Below are positions 33,081 through 42,080 of a stretch of DNA of 60,486 nt, piece after piece. The translations under genes were made by a program, and so were the position numbers. Origin of the DNA: a virus; the IMG/VR virus record IMGVR_UViG_3300012154_000001, positions 1 through 60,486 of that record, one strand, 5' to 3'. How positions within the stretch are numbered: the stretch's first letter is position 1; the number at the start of each line of letters is the position of its first letter. The notes below the pieces were generated by a model, which was not told the DNA's origin, ran no database searches, and saw nothing but the letters and a program-made list of their open reading frames with translations.

Positions 33081-33854
33081 ATGGCAAAGACAAACATAAT
33101 AGTGCCAGAGGGGCTACATAGCGACTATACAAGTATAATTGTAAGTTACTCAAACGGTATTGATAGTGCCGGGGCGCTATATTGGGCATTGCAGAATTTT
33201 GACAGAAAAAAGATATTTCTGTTATATTGTGACACCGGATTTGAGTACCCGGAGAACATCCAAATGTTTTACCGGACAGCGGCTTTCATGCGGGTTAAGC
33301 CTGTTTTGCTGGAACATCCAAAAGGATTCTTGGGATTGCTGTTAGAAGAACGGCTCATGTGGCCGGACATGAAAAACCGGTGGTGTACAGCATATTTAAA
33401 AACCGGTATCACCGATAAGTGGATTCGGGCAAATAGGCATATCCTTGGTAAAAAATGTCTATTCGTTTCAGGAGAGCGCCGGGACGAAAGCAAAAGCCGG
33501 GCGAAGCTGCCGGAGATTGAGTATCACAGCACAACGCTGAAAACAAAACGGGTAGCAGATTTTACCTGCCACTGGTACCGCCCTTGCTTGGATTATGAAA
33601 AAGGAAAGATGTTTGAGCAGGGAAGAGAGTTAAAGCTTGAACCACATTTTTGCTATGAATATCTTGGTAGATGCAGTTGCATGGGATGTATGTTCATGTC
33701 AGATGTCCATGCTATTGAAAATATAAAAAGATATCCCGAGCAAATGAAGAAGTTTGTGGATGCAGAAATAAAGTTATCCCACACATGGAAATCCAAAAAA
33801 GGATTGAAAGAAATATGGGACCAGTGCCACGATATTGACGATGTAGACAAATAA
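33081..33854 (+). CDS. PAPS-reductase/DndC-like PP-loop ATPase
   Basis: SYSNGIDS (PP-loop variant), RWCT..LK, GERRDESKSR and a C-terminal CSCMGC cluster. Confidence 0.8.
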   Translation: MAKTNIIVPEGLHSDYTSIIVSYSNGIDSAGALYWALQNFDRKKIFLLYCDTGFEYPENIQMFYRTAAFMRVKPVLLEHPKGFLGLLLEERLMWPDMKNRWCTAYLKTGITDKWIRANRHILGKKCLFVSGERRDESKSRAKLPEIEYHSTTLKTKRVADFTCHWYRPCLDYEKGKMFEQGRELKLEPHFCYEYLGRCSCMGCMFMSDVHAIENIKRYPEQMKKFVDAEIKLSHTWKSKKGLKEIWDQCHDIDDVDK

Positions 33855-33916
33855 AGAAAAGGGGAAAAGGGGTTTGCTGGCCAGCATGAAAGAACGTTCT
33901 TTACTCCTGACGAAAA

Positions 33917-34531
33917 ATGAATAATGCGATATATACAGTACATACCGGGAACAACGCCGGTTTGCTATCCCAGGTGGTTGATCTCTATTTCAAGGCCGGG
34001 GATACAGTGGCAGACGTCACATACGGCAAAGGGGCATTTTGGAGGGAAGTTGACCAGGGCAAATATACAATTGTTGGGACTGACATAAAAACAGGAACCG
34101 ATTTCCGGTGTCTGCCTTACGAAAATGAGCTATTTGATCACGGGGTTTTAGACCCGCCATATGCCAGGACCGAGCTGGGGGACATGGTTAAATGTTATAA
34201 CACATCGAAGAGTAGCAGCCACGCCGGGATAATGGATTTGTACAGAGGCGGCTTGAAAGAGCTTTACAGGGTTATCAAGCCGGGCGGCTACATCCTTGTC
34301 AAATGTCAAGACGAAGTGTACGGAGGTAAGCAGCATTGGAGCCACATCGAGATCAAGGACATGGCGGAAGACTTGGGATTATACGCAAAAGACATGTTCG
34401 TTCTCGTAAATACCAAAACGCCGAAAGTGCATCACAATCAAAAGCATGCACGGAAAAACCATAGCTATTTGTGGGTGTTTGAAAAAACCAAAGCGAAGCA
34501 GTCAGAAGGTGAAAAAAATGTACTCACATGA
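33917..34531 (+). CDS. DNA methyltransferase (N6A/N4C type)
   Basis: SAM motif DVTYGKG followed by the catalytic DPPY motif; 204 aa. Confidence 0.75.
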   Translation: MNNAIYTVHTGNNAGLLSQVVDLYFKAGDTVADVTYGKGAFWREVDQGKYTIVGTDIKTGTDFRCLPYENELFDHGVLDPPYARTELGDMVKCYNTSKSSSHAGIMDLYRGGLKELYRVIKPGGYILVKCQDEVYGGKQHWSHIEIKDMAEDLGLYAKDMFVLVNTKTPKVHHNQKHARKNHSYLWVFEKTKAKQSEGEKNVLT

Positions 34532-34727
34532 AATACAAGCACTGCTCGATCGCAACAGCCACACCATTAGCTCTGATATGTACCGCGACATCGTGATCAG
34601 TTCCCGCCAGATCGATCACGTGCGGTATGATCCTTATCAGGAGTTCTTCCAGGCGTGGACCAGCGACGGGTATAGTTGGGAATTCAGGGTGGTGCCGGCG
34701 GGGCAGCCATCGAAAGGAAAAAAATGA
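34518..34727 (+). CDS. Hypothetical small protein
   Basis: Internal ATG overlapping the end of the MTase gene; 69 aa. Confidence 0.4.
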   Translation: MYSHEIQALLDRNSHTISSDMYRDIVISSRQIDHVRYDPYQEFFQAWTSDGYSWEFRVVPAGQPSKGKK

Positions 34728-34747
34728 GCATAACAGGAGGGAATTTT

Positions 34748-35062
34748 ATGGATAACAGAATTATAAAAATAGCAGAGGAATACGGACACAAGCCACAACT
34801 GCAAATGTTGATTGAAGAAATGGCAGAATTGACACAAGCAATCTGTAAATTTATCAGAGTAGACGACAGGGCGAAACGTGAGCCGGTGCAGGCGGCTGAA
34901 TGTACGGAAGTTATCGAAAACATTATTGAAGAAATGGCAGACGTGCAAATAATGATATTGCAGCTACAACATTTTACAAACTTGTCAGATGAAAGCTTTA
35001 AAGAGCAGATGAATAAGAAACTTGACAGGCAGATAGAGCGCATAAATTTAAAAAAAGGATAG
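34748..35062 (+). CDS. MazG-like nucleotide pyrophosphohydrolase
   Basis: AGGAGGG SD. EEMAEL...EEMADV paired EExxE/D helices in a 104-aa all-helical protein. Confidence 0.55.
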   Translation: MDNRIIKIAEEYGHKPQLQMLIEEMAELTQAICKFIRVDDRAKREPVQAAECTEVIENIIEEMADVQIMILQLQHFTNLSDESFKEQMNKKLDRQIERINLKKG

Positions 35063-35135
35063 ACCGCTTACTCAAAATGAACTTGAAAAGATGTTTGAAG
35101 CAAAGGGAATGTAAATTAGTTTCAGGAGGAGTAAA

Positions 35136-35324
35136 ATGCAAAGGTTAACAGCAACTATTATCAGAAAATATCAGAAAAGAAAAGAAGGAATTGCAACTAT
35201 TGGAGAATTCAAGGAGCTGGGAAGAGAGTTGAGAGATCAATTTGGGTTGTCTGATCGTGACGCTATTGATTTGTTGAATAACAACAATATTGTAGACATC
35301 ATGAGTCGGCATGAAGCAGATTAA
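35136..35324 (+). CDS. Hypothetical protein
   Basis: 62 aa with an AGGAGGAG SD. Confidence 0.45.
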   Translation: MQRLTATIIRKYQKRKEGIATIGEFKELGRELRDQFGLSDRDAIDLLNNNNIVDIMSRHEAD

Positions 35325-35344
35325 ATTTTAAAGGAGGTATTGGT

Positions 35345-35617
35345 ATGGAGTGGAAAGAGATAAATCCGCAGCAAAATAACTGGAAGAAGCAATGGGATTT
35401 GACAGCATATTATGGCGAACATGTAATAGGCAGCATTGTTTTGGACAATGATAATTGGGGCGTGTTTTACTCGGTAATAGACGGAGATGTTGAATTTATA
35501 CCCACGTCAGACTTGGAGGAAGCGAAAGGGATATTTTACGAAAGCCTTGATTGTTTCTTTGAGGGTGAAATCAATTATTATAACGAGCTGAGGAAAATGC
35601 TTGGTGAAATAAATTAA
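35345..35617 (+). CDS. Hypothetical protein
   Basis: 90 aa with an AAGGAGGT SD. Confidence 0.5.
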   Translation: MEWKEINPQQNNWKKQWDLTAYYGEHVIGSIVLDNDNWGVFYSVIDGDVEFIPTSDLEEAKGIFYESLDCFFEGEINYYNELRKMLGEIN

Positions 35618-35637
35618 GCTTAACGGAGGTGAAAACA

Positions 35638-35838
35638 ATGGACAGGTACACAGCGATAGATAAGGAATATATAACCTATCGTGAAGCCAAGGACAAAGGC
35701 TGGAATGAATACGCCTGCCGCGAAGAAGAATTGAAGCGGCGGTTAAAGCTTTACGAGGATACCGGGCTGGAGCCGGAAGAGGTGGCGCGGCAGGTGGAAG
35801 CGCTTAAACTGATAACGGGCATTGTGAAAAAGATATGA
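35638..35838 (+). CDS. Hypothetical protein
   Basis: ATG 35638 lies 8 nt after GGAGG. Confidence 0.45.
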   Translation: MDRYTAIDKEYITYREAKDKGWNEYACREEELKRRLKLYEDTGLEPEEVARQVEALKLITGIVKKI

Positions 35839-35856
35839 TTAATGGAGGTGGAAAAG

Positions 35857-36366
35857 ATGGATTTAGCCAAATTGCATGATGATGCACTTGATTATGAAAA
35901 CGATATTGAAATGGACGTTGAAATGTTGTGTGAAGTACGCATGAGAATGTACAGCAAGAGGGATTGCAGGATACTGGAAGAAATACTGCCGGCGCTTAAT
36001 GCCCTTGTGCGTGACATTGATGCATACAGGACTTGGGTTATGGAGCAGCAGGACAAATTGAAATTAGAGGCAGAGAAGGTGGAGCGGCGGGATGATATTG
36101 CCCTCCTGTCGGATGATCATTGTGAATGTGGCATGGCAATTGATGATGGGTGGAAGTGCTGCCCAGGTTGCGGCAGACGGTTGGTATGTTCCAATAGAGA
36201 AAGCGGGTTGCTCGTAAAATTCAATGACGGCCGCAAGATGATTATGTCAGAAGATGCTTACAAATGGTTTTCGGATACCCGAGAAAGGGATTATACAATA
36301 GAGCATTGGTTTAAGTTGAATGATGCCATTGAAAAAAATCCCGGTGTGGAAATTTTGGTGATGTAG
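35857..36366 (+). CDS. Hypothetical zinc-ribbon protein
   Basis: ATG 35857 lies 8 nt after GGAGG. Contains CECG...CCPGCG. Confidence 0.5.
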   Translation: MDLAKLHDDALDYENDIEMDVEMLCEVRMRMYSKRDCRILEEILPALNALVRDIDAYRTWVMEQQDKLKLEAEKVERRDDIALLSDDHCECGMAIDDGWKCCPGCGRRLVCSNRESGLLVKFNDGRKMIMSEDAYKWFSDTRERDYTIEHWFKLNDAIEKNPGVEILVM

Positions 36367-36390
36367 ATTAATTTTAGGAGGTGAAACAAT

Positions 36391-36726
36391 ATGAATGTCA
36401 CGAAAGCTAATGAATATTTAAAAAAATGCATGGATAATTGCTCAGATAAACTTTCTGATCCTTCATTTTTCGCAGGAAATAAACTTCAAAGCAATGCCCT
36501 TAGAGGCGAAGGGTTACGGGATATTAGTCCTCGGTGTGGGTGTAAAATGCCTGCGCAATGGAGCGATGGAGCAAAAAGACGCGGATGGGGGATGTGGATT
36601 TTTTCAGGCGGTACAGCCGAAGTGTTCGGACATTGCAGATATACTGATTGTCCACGTCGCAATGAGTTTTTAAGAACGGCACCCAGAAAAGAAATTCGGA
36701 AACTGGCGGATATTCAATGTGACTAA
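36391..36726 (+). CDS. Hypothetical protein
   Basis: 111 aa with an AGGAGGTGA SD. Confidence 0.45.
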   Translation: MNVTKANEYLKKCMDNCSDKLSDPSFFAGNKLQSNALRGEGLRDISPRCGCKMPAQWSDGAKRRGWGMWIFSGGTAEVFGHCRYTDCPRRNEFLRTAPRKEIRKLADIQCD

Positions 36727-36750
36727 ATTTAAATCTAGGAGGTGCGAAAC

Positions 36751-37008
36751 ATGGTTTTCCTAACAGAAAAAGAAGCAGAGGAGCTGGAACGCTTTCGCAA
36801 AAGGAGGCAGCATTTCGGCGGCGATCTGGAAATAGCCAATATCCACAATGCACCAAGCTCTTTCCCGGAAATGTACAAAAGGGTTTTCGAGACAGAATCA
36901 ACGGAAAACTGCCTTTTCGGGCGGCCTTGGTATTCCGACAAAAAAGATGATGTGATCAAGATGTATGAAACGGCGTTATCTAATGGTTATGTGGTGGCAC
37001 AAAATTGA
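36751..37008 (+). CDS. Hypothetical protein
   Basis: ATG 36751 lies 8 nt after GGAGG. Confidence 0.45.
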   Translation: MVFLTEKEAEELERFRKRRQHFGGDLEIANIHNAPSSFPEMYKRVFETESTENCLFGRPWYSDKKDDVIKMYETALSNGYVVAQN

Positions 37009-37026
37009 TTTCAGGAGGAATAAAAA

Positions 37027-37278
37027 ATGGGCATTGACCTAAGCAGATTCAAAGTGATTCATGGCGACAAAGTATTAAACGCGGTTACATTGCAGTGCAT
37101 ACAACTGCCGGAAGGAACGGACTTTCCGCTTAAAACCAGTGTGATAAAGCCGAGGTTTTTGGAAGTTCTGGCGATAAATGAGGATGGCAATATAATCGTA
37201 ATTCATGACGAAGCGTGGCGTTTTCAGTTCTTGCCTATAGTACATAATTGCGGAGGATGTAAAAATGGATCTGAATAA
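37027..37278 (+). CDS. Hypothetical protein
   Basis: 83 aa with an AGGAGGA SD. Confidence 0.45.
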   Translation: MGIDLSRFKVIHGDKVLNAVTLQCIQLPEGTDFPLKTSVIKPRFLEVLAINEDGNIIVIHDEAWRFQFLPIVHNCGGCKNGSE

Positions 37279-37555
37279 AAATCAGCAGATTATCAAGAGG
37301 ATGTACGAACCTAGGGTATTGTCGGCTGCGAGAAATGAGGCAGAACATAATAAATTAGAACAGGTAAGACAAGAGACCGTGGCTAGCATGATGGAAAAGC
37401 TGGAAAAGATGCAGAAAGATGCATTATACCAAGCTTTTGACAAAGAACTGGCCAAAAATGACACTAAGGCAGCTAAGCGCCCGTGTTTCAAGGGTCTGGA
37501 TAAATATACTACCCAGCAGCTCAAGGAAGAATTGCGGCGTAGGAAAGGCAAGTAA
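37265..37555 (+). CDS. Hypothetical charged helical protein
   Basis: 96 aa with a GGAGGA SD. Confidence 0.45.
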   Translation: MDLNKNQQIIKRMYEPRVLSAARNEAEHNKLEQVRQETVASMMEKLEKMQKDALYQAFDKELAKNDTKAAKRPCFKGLDKYTTQQLKEELRRRKGK

Positions 37556-37581
37556 ATTTAATTTGATGAAGGTGGTGAAAA

Positions 37582-37836
37582 ATGATGAAGTGTGGCGATA
37601 TAGTCAGAAACTATTGGGCGGGGGATGAAAATCCGACACGATATTTTATTTATCTCAAAAACGAGGGTAAATATACGAGTGCGATCAGCTTCGACGGAAA
37701 AAAACTACGGAAAGCCCAATATTACACCAACGACATAAAAAAAGAGCCTGACAAATTTGTCGTTGTTGGACATATTGATTTGATTGACTATATAAAAGTT
37801 CCATTATTGGAACTTATTCAATCGGATTGTTTGTAA
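37582..37836 (+). CDS. Hypothetical protein
   Basis: 84 aa with a GGTGGTGA SD. Confidence 0.45.
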   Translation: MMKCGDIVRNYWAGDENPTRYFIYLKNEGKYTSAISFDGKKLRKAQYYTNDIKKEPDKFVVVGHIDLIDYIKVPLLELIQSDCL

Positions 37837-37879
37837 TTAGATCAACTTGGGTTAATATTTTTGAGAAAGAAGGGAAGAT

Positions 37880-38173
37880 ATGAAGATAGAAAAGGCAATC
37901 GAGATAATAAACCGGAAAACATCAATCCCGGAACAAGGAGAAAGCTTTGATGATATTGTAGAAGCTTTTGATATGGCGGCAGAAGCCTTGAAAAGACAGA
38001 TACCAAAGAAGATGGAAGCAAGGGAGTTTTTCAGAAAAACAAATGAGATATGCAAAGATAACGACTGCCACGTATGCCCAATATGCGAGCATTGCAGTGA
38101 CGGCATATTTATAGGCGCAGACGATGCCGAAGGGCTGGTGGCGATTGTAGAGGGATACCAGAACGGGAGGTGA
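37880..38173 (+). CDS. Hypothetical Cys-containing protein
   Basis: 97 aa. Contains CKDNDCHVCPICEHC. Confidence 0.45.
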   Translation: MKIEKAIEIINRKTSIPEQGESFDDIVEAFDMAAEALKRQIPKKMEAREFFRKTNEICKDNDCHVCPICEHCSDGIFIGADDAEGLVAIVEGYQNGR

Positions 38174-38178
38174 AAAAG

Positions 38179-38301
38179 ATGAAAAAAATCTTGATTCTGT
38201 TAAATGTTTTTTCGCTATGTGGCATATTTTATATGCAGAAATGGAGTGTAATACCGTACGTCTGTGTATCGTTACTTGCAATTGCAGTTTCTGGAGATTA
38301 G
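38179..38301 (+). CDS. Possible membrane micro-protein (40 aa)
   Basis: Not in the ORF track. MKKILILLNVFSLCGIFYMQKWSVIPYVCVSLLAIAVSGD. Confidence 0.3.
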   Translation: MKKILILLNVFSLCGIFYMQKWSVIPYVCVSLLAIAVSGD

Positions 38302-38314
38302 AGGAGGTGATAAC

Positions 38315-38533
38315 ATGGCGCATCATTACAAAAGCCACTGTAAGCAGTGTTACGCTTATAAGCATTGCAGCAAAGTAGAAGAGAGGATGGCCTACATTGC
38401 ATGGTGGAACAAGAACGGCCAGCCTATAGGAATGGGAAATCATGATTGTTTTGCATCGCCGGAAGAATTCGAAAAAGACTTAAAAAACAAACAGAATATT
38501 AGAATCTCGTATTGTAAAAAATGGAGGAATTAG
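38315..38533 (+). CDS. Hypothetical protein
   Basis: ATG follows GAGGAGGTGA; 72 aa. Confidence 0.45.
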   Translation: MAHHYKSHCKQCYAYKHCSKVEERMAYIAWWNKNGQPIGMGNHDCFASPEEFEKDLKNKQNIRISYCKKWRN

Positions 38534-38534
38534 A

Positions 38535-38888
38535 ATGGGACGAAGCGCTGAGGTTAAAAGTTATGACTATGAGCAGTTGGTAAAAGAGATTAAGGCATAT
38601 TACAAAACTACTGATAGTGCCCTGATTGAAAAGATATTGCTTGCCGGTGGCGATAAGATAGGAGACAGATACATAATCCTAAACAATGAGTTCTGGGAGA
38701 CTTATGATAGTTATTATAATGTGACATCAGTACTGGACGAATATTTGGGCAATGAAGAATTGGAGAATGTATTTGGCAAAGTATTCTGTACATTTGATAA
38801 AAAAGCTGATTGCCGCAGTGTTGCACCAAGCGCGAGCAAGGAGGAAATATATCAAGCTTGCAAACTTGGCGAGTATGCGGAAAATTAA
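38535..38888 (+). CDS. Hypothetical protein
   Basis: 117 aa. Confidence 0.45.
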   Translation: MGRSAEVKSYDYEQLVKEIKAYYKTTDSALIEKILLAGGDKIGDRYIILNNEFWETYDSYYNVTSVLDEYLGNEELENVFGKVFCTFDKKADCRSVAPSASKEEIYQACKLGEYAEN

Positions 38889-38899
38889 AGTGTTAGGAG

Positions 38900-39238
38900 G
38901 TGGAAATTTTGGAGCTGAAAGAATTACTAAGAACAGAGGTCAATAGTGCCCTAATAACAATAAAAAATCATGATAGAGATAATGGTTTTTTCCGAGATAC
39001 TGTAACGGAAATTGAAAGAGATCTGAGAAGTAGAAATTATGAGCCTATTGGAATTTGTAAAAATGTCCCTTTTAAATGTGGGGTATCAAGTGAATCAGTG
39101 GCATTTGTTTATAAGTACGATGGTGAAATATATTGGTGTCATATGCCAGCAACATACTGGCATCACCTGTTGACGGACTGTTTTGGACGCAAAGAAGCAG
39201 AGAAAATTTATTGTGAGATTTTATATTCAATAAATTAA
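38900..39238 (+). CDS. Hypothetical protein (start GTG 38900 or TTG 38909)
   Basis: The AGGAGGTG SD overlaps the GTG, so TTG 9 nt downstream is equally plausible. Confidence 0.4.
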   Translation: MEILELKELLRTEVNSALITIKNHDRDNGFFRDTVTEIERDLRSRNYEPIGICKNVPFKCGVSSESVAFVYKYDGEIYWCHMPATYWHHLLTDCFGRKEAEKIYCEILYSIN

Positions 39239-39257
39239 AATTTGAGGAGAAAAGACA

Positions 39258-39422
39258 ATGGACAAAAAAGACGGAAGCGCCCGCCGGGCCGGATATATGG
39301 ATATGCTTGAGAGGTCGCCGGTGAAGACATGGCCGCCGTATTGCTTCACGGAGTTATGTCCAGATCGGCGGTATCGGCTGGGTGGGGAGTGGTATGGAAA
39401 AGTAATTATGAGGAGATCGTAA
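39258..39422 (+). CDS. Possible small protein (54 aa)
   Basis: Not in the ORF track. GAGGAG SD. Locally GC-rich. Confidence 0.3.
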   Translation: MDKKDGSARRAGYMDMLERSPVKTWPPYCFTELCPDRRYRLGGEWYGKVIMRRS

Positions 39423-39424
39423 AA

Positions 39425-39859
39425 ATGAACAAAAGAGTGCGCGACTTGAATTGGGATGATTACGGCATCTCAAAGGACAGATACGACGAGCTTAGAGCGT
39501 TCTGCCGGCAGTATGAGGAAAAAAAGAAAAAAATAAAATACGGACTACCAGCCGTGAAGTTTGACGGGATGCCGCGGGGAACCGGTGTGAGCAATCAGAC
39601 AGAGGGGACAGCCATCCAGAACGAAGAACTGCGAAGAGACTGCCAGCTAATAGAGGAGGCGGCGATCCGCGCGAATCCGAGCATATACAGACATATTTTA
39701 AAGAGTGTGACCAAGAACATACCGTACGAGATGGTTGAATACGATCACGAATACGGACGGATACCGGTGGGAAAGACGGATTTCAACGGATATCGCCGAT
39801 TATTTTACTTTAATTTACATCTTTTGAAAAATGGGTTCAAATTGAGCGACATAATGTGA
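39425..39859 (+). CDS. Putative late-gene transcriptional regulator (ArpU/RinA-like by position)
   Basis: Start at MNKRVRDL (GAGGAG SD). Last gene before terminase. DGMPRG-type motif. Weak assignment. Confidence 0.35.
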   Translation: MNKRVRDLNWDDYGISKDRYDELRAFCRQYEEKKKKIKYGLPAVKFDGMPRGTGVSNQTEGTAIQNEELRRDCQLIEEAAIRANPSIYRHILKSVTKNIPYEMVEYDHEYGRIPVGKTDFNGYRRLFYFNLHLLKNGFKLSDIM

Positions 39860-40132
39860 TATAACTGTATTATCGATATTTGGGAACAATATTAACTCCC
39901 TGATAATGTTCCTAAATTTCCGGTCCTCCTCTCCAATTTTATATACGGTTTCCGGGTGTCACAGCCCGGTAGCTGATTGTTTCATGACACTCTCCTTTGA
40001 AAGAGGCATTTGTTGCTTAGCGCGGTAGGTGTCTCTTTTTGTGAGGGAAAAATAGGTGGGTATCCTCTGATGAGGTAGGCAAGCGGCGCAAGAGGCAAGC
40101 GCAAATAATTATATACGGAATGGGTGATAGAT

Positions 40133-40684
40133 ATGGCCTTAACTGAAAAACAAAAGCGGTTTGTGGATGAATACCTGATTGACTTGAATGCCACTCGCGC
40201 TTATAAGGCAGCGTATCCAAGTTGTAAGAAGGATGAAGCTGCAAGGGTTAACGGAAGCAAGGCACTAACAAATACTAACATCGTAGAATACATTGAGCAA
40301 CGCATGGAGGACAGAGAACAGCGAACGAAGATCACCCAGGACGCGGTATTGCGCGAATTGGGACGGCTTGGATTCTTTGACCCGAGAAAACTATTTCACG
40401 CCGATGGAAAACCGAAAGATATTACGGAGCTTGATGATGATACGGCAGCATGTATTGCCGGTCTGGATGTGCAGGAGGTATATGAGGGGTACGGTGAAGA
40501 TAGGGAGTTTGTCGGCTATGTTAAGAAATATAAGCTGACTGATAAAAAGGGATCACTGGAACTGATTGGCCGGCACCTGGGTATGTTCAAGGATAGGGTG
40601 GAAATGTCTGGCGGAATGGAAATAAATAATCCCTTTGCCGGTCTGTCAACTGAAAATTTAAAGAAGCTGATAGACGATGGATAA
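40133..40684 (+). CDS. Terminase small subunit
   Basis: LTEKQKRFVDEYLIDLNATRAYKAAY is the classic Terminase_2 N-terminus. Confidence 0.85.
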   Translation: MALTEKQKRFVDEYLIDLNATRAYKAAYPSCKKDEAARVNGSKALTNTNIVEYIEQRMEDREQRTKITQDAVLRELGRLGFFDPRKLFHADGKPKDITELDDDTAACIAGLDVQEVYEGYGEDREFVGYVKKYKLTDKKGSLELIGRHLGMFKDRVEMSGGMEINNPFAGLSTENLKKLIDDG

Positions 40685-42080
40685 GAAGTTGATACAATTA
40701 GGCGCAAAAATAGAGCTTGCCCGGCGGGAGTTCTTTTTTTATTGTAACTTAAAAGCACCCAGTTTCTATAAGAGAGATCGCCGTTATCTAATCGACCTCT
40801 GTAATGAATTCCAAGATTTCATCCAATCCGATGAAGACGTAATGATTGTTAACGAGCCACCCAGACACGGAAAATCGCGCACCGCCGGACTTTTGGTTGA
40901 GTGGGTGTTGGGCAATGACCCAAAACAAAAAATCATGACCGGTTCCTATAACGAAACATTGTCGACCATGTTTTCGAAAAACGTGAGGAATGATATACAG
41001 GAAATAAAAGCCGATATATACAAGCCGGTGTTTTCAGATGTGTTTCCTGGCATCCGGATTAAGTGTGGTGACGGCGCCATGAACCTGTGGAGCCTGGATG
41101 GAGGATATAATAATTACCTGGCCACATCTCCCACCGGTACGGCCACTGGTTTCGGCGCGACGCTGTTAATTATAGATGATCTTATCAAAAATGCCGAAGA
41201 GGCCAATAATGAGTTGACAAAAGAAAAGCACTGGACTTGGTTTACGGATACCATGTTGTCCCGCTTGGAAGAGGGCGGGAAGATTATCATCATCATGACC
41301 CGTTGGGCATCAGATGACCTCGCAGGACGGGCGCTGGAGCATTTCAAAGAAGCCGGTGCGAAGATGCGCCACATTAGCATGAAGGCCCTCCAGGACGACG
41401 GCACCATGCTTTGTGACGAAATCCTGTCCCGGAAGTCCTATGATGCCAAAGTGAGAGCAATGGGTGATAATATAGCCAGTGCAAATTATCAGCAGGAACC
41501 AATTGATTTGAAAGGGCGGCTTTATACTTCTCTCAAGACTTATACCGAACTGCCGAAAGACCAGAGCGGTAATATGCTCTATTCATCAGTCAAAAATTAT
41601 ACAGATACAGCAGATACCGGCGACGATTATCTTTGCAGTATTAACTATGTAGTGTACAACAACGAAGCTTACGTCATTAATGTTCTATACACCAAAGCGG
41701 GCATGGAGATCACAGAACCAGCCACTGCAAAGATGCTTTATGAAGATGGTGTAAATACAGCAGACATCGAATCAAACAATGGCGGCAGAGGATTTGCGAG
41801 AAATGTGCAGACTGAATTAAAAAATAGATATGGATCAAACAAATGTCATGTTGCCACTTTTCATCAGTCAAAAAATAAGCAATCCAGAATTCTGTCAAAC
41901 AGCACATGGGTAATGAATCATATTTACTTCCCTGTCAACTGGGCGGATAAGTGGCCAGAATATTACAAAGCAATGACAAGGTATCAAAAGGAAGGCAAGA
42001 ACGCGCACGACGACGCCCCCGATGCCACTACGGGAATTGCAGAAAAGAACAACAGAGGCAAGCGCGAAAGTTTAATATAA
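40677..42080 (+). CDS. Terminase large subunit
   Basis: 467 aa. ATPase motifs PPRHGKSR and LLIIDD, with a C-terminal nuclease region. Overlaps the small subunit gene. Confidence 0.9.
   Translation: MDKKLIQLGAKIELARREFFFYCNLKAPSFYKRDRRYLIDLCNEFQDFIQSDEDVMIVNEPPRHGKSRTAGLLVEWVLGNDPKQKIMTGSYNETLSTMFSKNVRNDIQEIKADIYKPVFSDVFPGIRIKCGDGAMNLWSLDGGYNNYLATSPTGTATGFGATLLIIDDLIKNAEEANNELTKEKHWTWFTDTMLSRLEEGGKIIIIMTRWASDDLAGRALEHFKEAGAKMRHISMKALQDDGTMLCDEILSRKSYDAKVRAMGDNIASANYQQEPIDLKGRLYTSLKTYTELPKDQSGNMLYSSVKNYTDTADTGDDYLCSINYVVYNNEAYVINVLYTKAGMEITEPATAKMLYEDGVNTADIESNNGGRGFARNVQTELKNRYGSNKCHVATFHQSKNKQSRILSNSTWVMNHIYFPVNWADKWPEYYKAMTRYQKEGKNAHDDAPDATTGIAEKNNRGKRESLI

Noticed and set aside
32123-33854. 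7-deazaguanine (QueC/QueE) or Dnd phosphorothioation pathway.
   Set aside because: There is no DpdA/TGT, QueD, FolE, DndA, DndD or DndE anywhere in the genome. The radical SAM protein has a B12-binding-like N-domain, unlike QueE.
37922-38443. 173-aa minus-strand ORF, and similar long antisense ORFs: 19392-19877, 22833-23363, 54579-55055, 57489-57920, 53045-53470, 2041-2472, 43747-44163.
   Set aside because: Each lies antisense to + strand genes that have SDs, tight coupling or clear family motifs. None has its own SD or promoter. Their products are Cys/Ser/Leu-rich, as expected for antisense frames.
39982-40244. Two minus-strand ORFs (70 and 75 aa) in the gap before the small terminase gene.
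   Set aside because: They overlap each other and the terS start and have no SD. The region is better explained as a late regulatory or packaging region.
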